Below the pieces are notes generated by a model. That model saw only the letters and a program-made list of their open reading frames with translations, had not been told where the DNA came from and searched no databases. Shown here piece after piece: positions 49,451 through 60,659 of a stretch of DNA of 64,000 bases. Source of the DNA: Tubulanus polymorphus (lineage: Eukaryota; Animalia; Nemertea); NCBI RefSeq assembly GCF_964204645.1, contig NC_134028.1, forward strand, positions 16,995,653 through 17,059,652, given 5' to 3'. A program made the position numbers and the translations under genes. Position 1 is the first letter of the stretch. Each line of letters opens with the position of its first letter.

Positions 49451-52400
49451 GTCGCGCAATGAATGGTCAACTGAGCCCTCGCGGGACTCGTTAATAAGGA
49501 GTGATTATTGGTGGGATGACACATATTCGGGTTATCATAGTTATGATAATGACAGTCCGGTAATTGATAATTATATTTTTGATGATGTTGATGATTATTT
49601 TGAGGACGATAGGGATGATATATTTGACACGTCATTTGATCAGGGCAACATGCTAGCTGATTCAGTTGACGATTATTTTGGACCTGAGGAAAACTGTACT
49701 GCGTATTACTTTCATGGCAATGAGTCTCTGAATTTAGATAGGTTTGCCGGCCATCACACTCCTTCGTGGGGTGCTGATGACGTTTGTGACATTCAAGATC
49801 GTAACTTTGGGGATAGCTGGAGGGACAATTCCCAGTTGTCGTTAGATGGAAATTTTTATATGGATCAGGGATCCAATTTTGAGGACATCTGGAGGAACAA
49901 TTCCCAGTTGTCGACTACTTACGAGCATATAAAAAGACACAGGAGGGTTACGTTTAGCGATCCGGTTAAATTGCAGGAGGTACGTGCTGATATGGCGTGC
50001 TCGGGTGACAATATTAGTATTGATAGGTCACACCCTAGAGGGGTTAATGGTCCGACGGATTCGGCAGAAGATGACCTTTTTAGAGATAAGAAGTGTCATT
50101 TAGATTGTCACGAAGGCGCTTTTGATCAGTATAGGTACCCAGCAACCTCCGAATCAGCAATACAATGTGATCTTGTGTCATCAGGTTCAAGTAGTAACAA
50201 TAATTCACGATCGGAATGTCTTAATGATCAGAGTAATATGGAAACTATTTTGTCAAAGATATCTAGGAGTCAATGTCGGAGAATTTGTGTCACTCGTTTG
50301 AAAGAGGACAGAACTTTCCTCTCACCTCAAATGCCAGCAGTTTTCACCATCCAGTTGGGGATGGAATGTCCCATGAACAGGACAGAGGTCAAGTTGTCCT
50401 CACGTCTAAACCGAATATGCCAATCAACGAAAATGTTGGGATAGGAGATTCGAACTCCGAGTTTCAACCTACTATTCACTGTCAGGAACAACTTCCACCT
50501 ATTACGACGACTTTAGGTAACACGCCAACCAACGACATAGGGTCTCTTTCTAGTCAGAATAATCCTATTGAACAAGAGGTTTATTCCCCGTCAATCATGG
50601 CAACTGTCGCTAACCGAGTGACAGGTAGCCATTCGGGGACACCGTTACGTATTTTGATCGACACGGGCGCCGAAATCTCTGTATTATCGAACGATTATTT
50701 TACGACTCATCCTCAGATATCAAATGGCCCTTTGCAGGTCGGTCAATTCCAATCTGCCCGTGGGGAAGATGGGAACTAAATTTGACCTGAGAGGAGTTAT
50801 TTCTGTGGATTTTGTGTTAGGCAATTTGGAAATTACGCACTCTATGTACGTGGTAGACGGTATCACGTCCGATGTAATTCTTGGAGCTGATTTCTTAGAA
50901 CAAAACCAGGCAGTTATTGATTATGCAAGAAAGGCCCTTTTGTTACCAGGGGCCGATGCAATTTACTTCGACAATACTGTCAATTTGGGCAAGTCTTCGT
51001 CCGTCAAGGTTACGCGAATGACTGTCATTCCCCCCTCATGTGAGGTCATCATAGACGGAAAATACTTGATTGACAGGACACAAGCATCGGTGGCAGTCTT
51101 TGAGCCGGCAAATCAATTAAGGGCACATGATCTTATGAGTGCAAGGTCAGTTGTCGACGTTACGCAATCAGGCATTCCAGTTCGGGTCATGAATCCCAGG
51201 TCACGACATGTCACCCTCTATGAGGATATGTGTCTTGGCCACTTATGGACAGATGGGTGGTCACTTGACCAATCCCTGAAGAATGAAGGGAATTCGGGAC
51301 AGCTGACCCGACCTCCAGAGGTGTCTGTCACACATGTAGACTACCCTCAGATATCTGCTGACATTGGGATACCGGAAATAGATATGTCAGACTCGGACCT
51401 TTCCCCATCACAGAAAGCGAAACTTCTTGAACTAATACGATCGTATCGGGACATTTTTGCATGAACACCGGACGAACTTGGTAAAACTGACTTAGTCAAA
51501 CACGTCATATACACAGGGGACGCGGCCCCAATTCGGAAAAGGCCTTATAGAGCCTCTCCGGCCATGCAAGAAGTTATTGACACGCATGTCAAACAGATGT
51601 TAGACATGGGGATAGTACAACGTAGTACTAGCCCATGGGCTGCCCCGGTCGTTCTCGTTCGGAAAAAGAGCCCGGACGGAGAGGTTAAGTGGAGATTCTG
51701 TGTTGACTATCGGGGATTGAATGCTGTCACCCGTTCAGACTCTTTTCCCCTGCCTAGAATCGATGATCTCTTGGCTCAGGTTGGTCAAGCGGCACCTACA
51801 TTCTTTAGCTCACTTGATTTTCTGAGTGGCTACTGGCAAGTTGAAGTTGACGAGGCCAGTAGGGATAAGACTGCTTTTATAACACAGTCGTCTCTTTTGG
51901 AATTTAAGGTACTCCCATTTAGTCTGAAATCGGCGCGATCTACCTTTCAGAGGTTGACTGGTGGTCTGCTGAGAGACTTGGTTGGGAAATTTTGTCTAGT
52001 ATATTTGGACGATATTATCTGTTACTCGAATTCTTTTGATGGTCATTTAATTCACCTGGCTCAAATTTTCGATCGATTTCGTGAGTCAGACCTTCGCCTA
52101 AATCCCAAGAAATGTCGGTTTGCTGTCAAAACCATTGACTTCCTTGGACATCGAATATCCAGGGATGGCATTGCTACTGACCCGGAAAAGGTAGCAGCCG
52201 TACAGGAATGGCCTGTCCCCACGACTTTAAAAGAACTACGAAGTTTTCTGGGGTTCACCAATTATTATCGGCGTTTTTGTAAAGGTTACAGCACTATGGC
52301 GGCCCCCTTACACCAGTTGACTAAGAAAGGCGTGCCATATAGATGGGACGCTTCTTGTCAACAGGCTTTCGACACCCTTAAGCAAGCGATGCTCGAAGCC

Positions 52401-54506
52401 CCAGTATTGGCCTACCCCATTTATGGGGCATCGCCATTTTTATTATATACTGACGCCTCCGATGAAGGTATCGGCATGGTACTGGCGCAGGTACAGGATG
52501 GGCAAGAAAGAGCAATTGCATATGCGGGGCGAGGATTGAATAAAGCGGAGAAAAATTATTCTACAACGGACCGTGAACTCTTAGCTGTTGCAGCAGGAGT
52601 CAAAAAGTTTGAACCTTACTTACGGGGATACCATTTCGAGATTATCACAGACCACAGTTGCCTACGGTATCTTCAGACTATGAAAACCCTTTCGGGTCGT
52701 GTTGGCCGTATTGCACTCTACTTAGAGCAATTTGACTACTCCATATCGCATCACCCGGGCAAGGCAAACGGGAACGCCGATGGGCTCTCTCGTCGCCCGT
52801 ATCCCATTTCTGATAGTATGGAAGACACTATCGACACGTGTGCTCTCGAGGCTGACAATGAGCGGCCTGTGCCCGTCAACATGGACGAGCTCCAGCGGTC
52901 TGAGTTACAATTAGTGTGTCTTATAGACTATTTACTTGATGGTACCTTGCCAGATGATGACAAGGAAGCCCGGAGAATTATCTTGCAGTCAGACTACTTC
53001 TTTGTTGATGATGATGGAGTTCTTTACCATGTAGACTCTAAAAAGAAAATTGAGGCTGATGGGCCTCGTCAGTTAGTCATACCTAAAAGTATGTATGCGG
53101 AAATGTTAGAGGCTGGTCATGATTCAATGACTGGCGGTCACTTGGGTCACAAACGGACCTACGAAACCTTGCGAGCAAGGTATTACTGGCATGGTATGTA
53201 TCGAGACGTTGAAAATTGGATTAAATCCTGTAAGGACTGTGCGACTAAGAATCAGCCAGGGAAGCCCATTAGGGCCCCGGTTAACCCCATAGCTGTCACA
53301 GGGCCGTGGGATAGAGTCTCAATGGATGTCTGTGGTCCTTTTCCAACAACGGACTCGGGAAATAAATACATATTGGTCTTTGTCGACTATCTTACAAAGT
53401 GGGTTGAAGCTTTTGATATGCCTAATCAAGAAGCCACGACGGTCGCTACGATCTTCTATGAACAAATCATTTGTCGCCATGGGGCGCCCTCTGTCTTGCA
53501 GAGCGATCGCGGAACAAATTTCCTGAGTAAATTAGTCATTGAGGTTTCGCGGCTATGTAATACGCCACGGGCACGGTCCAGTGCGTATAGACCACAAACT
53601 CAGGTACAAGTCGAGCACATGAATCTTGTGATTGTCAAGGCTCTGAGCATGTACTGCAATGAACGCCAAACCGATTGGGACGAATACCTTTACCCCATTC
53701 TATTTGCATATCGGGTAAGTCCAGCTTCGGATACGTCGCAATACTCGCCATTCTACCTCACGTATGGCCGAGAACCGAGGTTGCCGATGGACGTTGCTTT
53801 ACTTAATCCGAGGGACGTTTACTTTGATGCAGGAGGCTTTGTCCAAGCAATGTTGCCAAAGTTAAAAGAGGCCAGGAAGTTGGCCAAGGCTAATATCAAA
53901 AAGGCGCAGGAGAAGATGAAGGAACGTTTCGACAGGACTGCCGTTCCTCCAAATTTCGCAGTAGGTGATCAAGTGTTGCTATTCACTCCAAAGAAAATAA
54001 AGAGGCTTAGTAAGAAATTGCTTCATCAATGGACGGGCCCTTATCGAATTGTCCGACAGATTTCTCCTGTATCTTTCATTTTGGAGAATGAGAGGAATCA
54101 AGAGTTGGCCGTCTCAGTACATTGTAATAGAATGAAGCATTTCTTTTCAACGGACATTAGGCCGCTTGAGGACGACATACCTGAGAATCCACCTATTGAC
54201 AAGGAGGACAGGGATAAACCTGAGGAGGGGCCTGTGCTCGCACCGAATGATCCGGGCGATCAAAATCAGCCTGCGAATCCGGTTGAGCCAATCTATTACG
54301 TAGAACGAGTGATTCGTCACAAAAAAGAGAAAGGCATTCTGAAATATCTTATAAAATGGGTTGGCTATGACGATAATGAGAACACGTTTGAGCCAGCCGA
54401 AAACCTGCCTCCTGAAATCATTCGAGCCTATTGGGATGACCATGCCGCTAAAGTGAAGCGAAAAACTCGTAAAAATAAGAGGAGACGTCGAGAAAGAGAC
54501 GACTAG
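49414..54506 (+). pseudogene. pol: Pol: long spacer, aspartic protease, RT, RNase H, integrase, chromodomain; two frameshifts and one stop upstream of RT
   Basis: LIDTGA, VILGADFL, SPWAAPVVLV, RFCVDYR, YLDD, LYTDAS, GHLG..CKDC, VSMDV, LQSDRG, GPY, YYVERV..YLIKWVGY..NTFEPAENL; TGA at 51462. Confidence 0.95.
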
Positions 54507-54552
54507 TACGTGGTTTCGAGATTACTGATTCTTGCTCTCCCTATTTTTCAGG

Positions 54553-57166
54553 ATGCAAATTGTCGTAATCTTGGTGGCCATATGGTCGTCGGCCTATTGT
54601 CTGATGCCCTCGACGGTCTTGAGGCCAAACAATGGTGTCGCCTTTCATCGGATTGGTGGAGTCCATAATGGCGACAGTGCCTGGTTTGACACGTTCGCTA
54701 TACCATGGCTAGTTGTTAATGACCCCCCGAGTAAAGGCTTGCGGCTACGCTGTTCTCTTGTCCAGCCAGAACTTCGTTCTCACTGCTCCGGCTATTTGGA
54801 AATGTTTCGTGAGGCGCATCGCCTACAGTTAGACACGTTGACCCATATCAGGGGACAATTGGCTGATATGAGACAAATGATACCTGATGCTGCAGATACC
54901 GACTCACGAAAGAAACGACACGCCAGTGGGCGCAGGGTCAAACGTGCACCACTTTCATTTATCGGATCGATTTCGTCTTCCTTGTTCGGTACTGCTACCG
55001 AAGATGAAGTTCAGCAAGTAGAAAATCACGTCGAAAAAATAGTCAAGTTGAATTCGGATCAAATCACCCACATACAGGGGACACTCTCTTCATTTATTAA
55101 CGCGACTGACAAACGAATCAGCAGCCTGACCTCTGCATACGTGGCCAATTCAAAAGAACTTAAATCAATTCGAACGACACTGCTAAAGCAAAGTGTCGAT
55201 GCGAGTATGCTAGCATTAGCGTCTGACATGACAATAAGAAATATCATCCTAGTGGAACGACTGACGGCAGTTTCCAGTGAGTGGTTGCAGGGGGTTGAAA
55301 AGTTATTGGAGGGATATTTGCCTAGAGCCCTGGTTAATCCAAAAATGGTTTCGAAGGTTCTTGACGATGTGTCCGAAAAATTAAATAGGATGCATTCTGG
55401 GTTTTCAATAGCTAATAGGGATGTAGGCTATTATTACATAGTTAAGGATGTGTGCTTTACTAAGACCGATAAATTTGTTTACATATCAATCAAAATCCCC
55501 TTGCAATCTAGTCAGACATATTTTGATTTATACTCGGTTGTCTTAATGCCAGTGCCAATAAACGCAACGTCCTATAACACTTCAATGATTGTTGGTACAG
55601 CCCCTTATTTTGGCGCTACTAGGGACGGTAGTTACTACACTGAAATGGGTCACGATATATTTGCTACTTGTCATGTAACCGATGTGATGACTTGCCGGCA
55701 GCGCGTGTCCATGCGCGAAGCAACCGTAGAATCATGCCTGAGTAGCCTTTTCTTCGATAAACCCTCACAGGTGCTAGCATTATGCCACATACGGTATGAG
55801 GTCCAGGGCCTGGCCGAACTGGCAGTCGACGTAGGGGATGGCTACTTTGTTGTTTCAGGCACTGACGATTTTTGGACTCTCGCCTGCCCTGGCAAGTTAC
55901 CAAAAGCAATAAAAGCATGTCGTTTTTTTGGGTAAAATTGGGTGTGCATGTGCATTGCGTGGATCAAAATTTTTTGTGCCCGGTAGAATTAACAAATGTA
56001 TTAACCAAGACACGGTGACCATTGCGCACGCTGTTAATTTACCGGTCCTACATAGTTTCTTTTCAAAGAATGTAGTGTCCAACGTTACTGGAGCAACAAT
56101 GTTCCAGGGAACGCCATACGCACCGCTGCCTAGTCTGGATTTCAAGGCTAATAACTGGTCAAAAGTGGACACAAAATTTAGCATGGATTTCAAAAAGTTA
56201 GCAAGAACCGTTAAAACTGACGCTAAACTGTACCGATCGCAAGCAGACGCTTTATTTGATCATTCTGAACCTGTTATTTCGTCTGGAACCGGTACAGGGT
56301 GGCTCACTTGGCTTGCTATTGGTCTCTCGGCGGGCAGCATGTTGCTCTCGATATTTGTTTTACTTAAGTCGCAAGGATCCTTATCAATTCTGGGAGCAGG
56401 ACTTCTTCCGACCGCTGAGGCCATGGTGACTGTTCACCCCGCTATTCATGATTTACAGCGAGGGGGCTGGAATAATACAGTCATTCGGGAAGTTGTCATG
56501 GCTAAAAATGTGCGCGTCGATGTCGTCCTGTTCTTAGTTATTGTAGTAGGTATAGTTATAATTGTGTTCCGACCTTTATTGCGTGCTATGTGCTACAGGT
56601 GCCGACACTGTTTGCCTGCACCTTGTTCACCGGGAAAATATCCGGTTAGGCTAGCCATAAGGCTTAAGAATGGAATTCAGACATTGGACTTGCCTCTACT
56701 AACATTGTCCGGTTGTGAAACGAGATGTCGTTTTGAACCTCCAGCTCTCACTAAGGTTGCATTACGGGTCATTTGTGGAGTCGCCCGCTTGAACTTAACC
56801 TGGCAGACTAAGCAACTGACTTGTTCGCAAGGAACGATGTACAATCTGCCGACGTCTTGCTCGGTGCCCCTACGGGTTAGTCTTTTCACGATGAGACAGC
56901 TCGTATCAGTTCCGAGTAAGGTAGTGGTTGTCACGGTGTATCGTTGTTTTAGTACTGAATTACGAGAAGCGACTCAGCTGACAGTTTCGTCAGTGGAGCC
57001 CGAGATCGTAGTAATAGATGATGAGGCCCAGACTGAACGTGGGACCGGTGTACTGGCACTCACAGCTCCTCCTTGTGATGGGCTATTGCCTCCGGATTAT
57101 TCGGTAGGAATTCCCAGGAATTCTATGTTGGCTGATACCAGTAGACTGTATCCACATTTGTATTGA
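54553..57166 (+). pseudogene. env: Envelope/fusion polyprotein (class I F-like), one frameshift in a T7 run at ~55923
   Basis: Splice acceptor TTTTTCAG at 54551; signal peptide MQIVVILVAIWSSAYC; furin sites RKKR and RVKR; fusion peptide APLSFIGSISSSLFGTA; heptad repeat; Cys-rich region; TM WLTWLAIGLSAGSMLLSIFVLL; second TM and long tail. Confidence 0.88.
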
Positions 57167-58746
57167 AATTAAAATTTAAATATTATGACGAGGGCGCGCG
57201 GGTGCGCTCCGTGTCAAAATTGAATTAGTTGTATTATAAGTCGTAAGTATAATCTAATTAATAGTTGAATCAGGATGCGTATGTCCTGTTGAATTATCGG
57301 AAAGTTTTGATTTATAGTAGTAAGTGATTAAGATATCATTACATAAGAAATATGAAAATTTAGAATCATAATACTTAGTTCGTGAGTGAACTCATGGCCT
57401 GGTCATGAGTTACGGAAATAAGGATAATCGTGACAATTGCTGATATTAATAATTGTAATTGACATGACATCGGCTTTAGCCTGACTAAGTATCCGGTACT
57501 TATTATCGATAGTTTAAAGAAAAGTCATTAATTATTATTGCGAAAAAAAAAGTTATTGTTAATAATAACAATGAAACAAATACTGTTTGAATAAATACTG
57601 TTTGTTCGTATATGTTTGAATAATCTCTGTATTATTATGATATTAATTGTAGGATACCCGTATCGGATGTGTTGGAATGAGACCGCCGAAGATACGATAG
57701 CACTAAGATGGAAGAATGCCTTCTTCTGTCAACCGCAATAGATGTTGATGGGTACCCCCTGATAGTGACCATATGGAGATGGGGACTTGTTGGGAGGTAT
57801 CCTGAAACTCTATTCGATGCAACTGATAGTTTGAAAAACCAGCAACTGGTATGCTCTGGCCGAGATGGGTGATATTAATTCACCGATTCGTCAATTAACG
57901 AGGAAAAAGGAACAACTATATACAGCCTTCAACAACGATCTAGGGCGTTGCCGTTTCAACGGGATGGAATCATGCTCGATGATTAGTCATGCGATTCTGG
58001 CCATTGTTAGTGGTGTTTGTCACTCTCGAAGACCTGTTATATACTCACAAACTTAAGTGATGAAGGGTGGACAAAGACACCTGGCCAATGCGATACGAAA
58101 TATGATGAAAAGTGATAATTTCCGTAGAAATTTTAGCGGAGTAAAGCCGAGTGTGTTCAAGATGGCTCCCGTGTAGTTACATTAACATTCGATGGAATGT
58201 TGTTCGCTCAAGCCGTAAGATGCGAATACATTACTGTTCCGTTTCTATATTAACTGTGGAGAAAAGACTCCGATATAGTAACCGTAGTACTATAGCGTCT
58301 ATGAATAGCGAGCAAGTATCAGCTGAACATAAATGCGTTTTGCCGTACTATCAACGTAGCAGTACGCGCTGCGAGGAACTGCGGTGGATGACGTCATTCG
58401 TCCGTCCATGACGTACCTTGTTGTGTCTGGTAGCTGTTGCGTCACTTTGCAGTAAATTCTAAACTCAAACTGTGAACTGTTTTGTGCTTAACTTTCGACT
58501 GTTTAGTGTGCGGGGACAGCGGTCTCGAATGAACTTTTTTCCGATTGGGTATCCAGAACTTTAAATGCGGTTTTATGATAACTATATCATGAACTTTAAT
58601 ATGCGTTGTAGTGTCGAACTCTAAGAAATAGTTACTCGTTATAATGAATTGTATACTAATGTTCTTTTTCAGGATTTGTTCTAGAGGTATCAGCGGGATA
58701 TTCACTAGTTGGTTTAAATTCAAAATTTTGGGACGAAATTTAAACT

Positions 58747-58759
58747 GGATAGGGAGTGT
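58747..58759 (+). promoter_or_regulatory. Polypurine tract plus 3-nt spacer before the 3' LTR
   Basis: GGATAGGGAG-TGT|TGATCCAC. Confidence 0.7.
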
Positions 58760-60012
58760 TGATCCACAGCTAGATTTTCGTAGTATTTGAAAATATTTCG
58801 TAGTATTTAGAAATGTTCTTAATGTTGTTTCCGTATGCGTAGGGGTTACGTTAAAGCCGTTAGACAAGAACGTAATAGTAGTAAGAATTACGAAAGTTCT
58901 TGTTTGATGCTTTCATCTACCAACGCAAACCATAAATCAGTCTATAAACAACAATTCTTTCTCGGTTCTTCTGCTGTGAGATCTGGCAAACATTCAGAAA
59001 ATCTTTATATAAAACTTTTAAATAGTTGGAACCATATTTGGTTGGGTCGGAACAATGGAGTGTATTTATAATGAGGCTCGTGAAGGGATCACGCTGATAC
59101 TTGATGATATTCCCGGCTACTTTCCGTAAAAGGAAAAACCGGAAGTTTAGGAAGATGTGGTTGTTTTGCTTATCCTGTATTAAAATAGAATTAGTTAAAT
59201 TGTAGATAAAATAATTAGTATAAGTATTTCAAATAATTTAAGAATTGATAATCAATCACAATGTATTCCGAATCGTAGTTAATTATAATAATTAAAAAAG
59301 AAACAATGAATTTGTACTGTAATTAGAAAAGAAAACAAAGTTTTGAAAAGATATTTAATTTGAGTAATCTAGATGTTGTTTAAGAACAAATTGTTAATAA
59401 TCGCTAATGTTTTAGAAAAATTAATTTGTGTTAAATGTTAAAACTAGCTGTCTGAAGTTTCTGTTGTCTGTATGCGCTCGTTGGTAATTCACAGACAATA
59501 GCTGCTCTCTCAACAACGACAAGCAAGGAGTGAGTAAATCACAACGCGTCATGACAGGAGGGTTGGAAGGAAATAGTGAGTTTAGCAAATCAGTTTTGAA
59601 AATAATTTTAGATCAGCAAATCATTAAGGCCACATTCTATATGACCAAAACAGTAAGGTTGCTGCTCCTTGCCAAAAGTCGAGTAGGAGAGTCGGTATTC
59701 TAAGAATGCCGATTCTTTCTATAAAAGGGATCCGCATCTTGAGAGAGCAGTCAATCGGGAGAATCTGTACCTTAGTAAGACGAGTGTCGACAGCAGGACA
59801 GGAGAAGCTTCGGAACGATAGGGATTCATATACAATAGGGATTAGGAAAATCATTCTTTGTTCAAGGTAAATAAAATATATTATCTTCAATATTATCATC
59901 CGGTATTTCAATTTATTTATTCGGATTTGTGCACGGACACGTTCTCTCGCCAGGGCCTTACTCAAGTATTTTATAGATAACGATTAAAGAGAGGATTGTG
60001 ACCGGTGTATCA
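58760..60012 (+). repeat. 3' LTR (1253 bp)
   Basis: Direct repeat of 46469-47716 with few substitutions and small indels. Confidence 0.95.
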
Positions 60013-60659
60013 ATAGGATCATTTGTGTTTTGGGGAATGACAGACCTGTCATTCCCCAACCTGTGTTCAAGTGGTCTTGCCATAAGCTGAAAATCTAAGA
60101 TATATATCGGTATATTAAAAAAAAGTATGAATGTATTTTTCTGCTACACATTCGGGATTCGAACCTAATAGCACTTAAAAGTAAATCCTGGGGCTATCAA
60201 AGTTCACTGTTTCATATTCGGTATGCTGTAACTTACTCGGCAAACAATAACCCAGCGACACTTTAATCATCAAAGTTCATGTCGTAACGCTTGAAATACG
60301 ACCAGTAATTTTCGGGTTTCGAACCTGCTTATAAGATGAACCAGCGTAAATAAGATCAATATTTTTACGGGATTCGAACCTAATGGAAACTATAGCGACT
60401 ATTAGTCATTAAAGGTCCTATGACCTCTGATTTGGAATTTCCCCTTTTTTGGTATCGATAAACTAAGTAGACACCCCTTTACTACTCAGTGTCACTATTT
60501 CTTATGTTTGCGCGAACATATTCGGAAAAATCGGGTCTTAAAATACTTTACTCGCACATATCCATAAAAACTAGTTCATTTTTTGGCCACTACTCACGGT
60601 GTGGCGCTTTAATTTTGTGACGTAGGTTCCGACAAACTTCATTCAGACTTTCATTACAG

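Larger units (their letters stand above)
46469..60012 (+). mobile_element. Complete env-bearing Ty3/Gypsy LTR retroelement, 13.5 kb, 4-bp TSD ATAG
   Basis: Near-identical LTRs TGATCCAC...GTGTATCA; ATAG at 46465-46468 and 60013-60016; gag, PR-RT-RH-INT-chromodomain, env. Confidence 0.97.
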
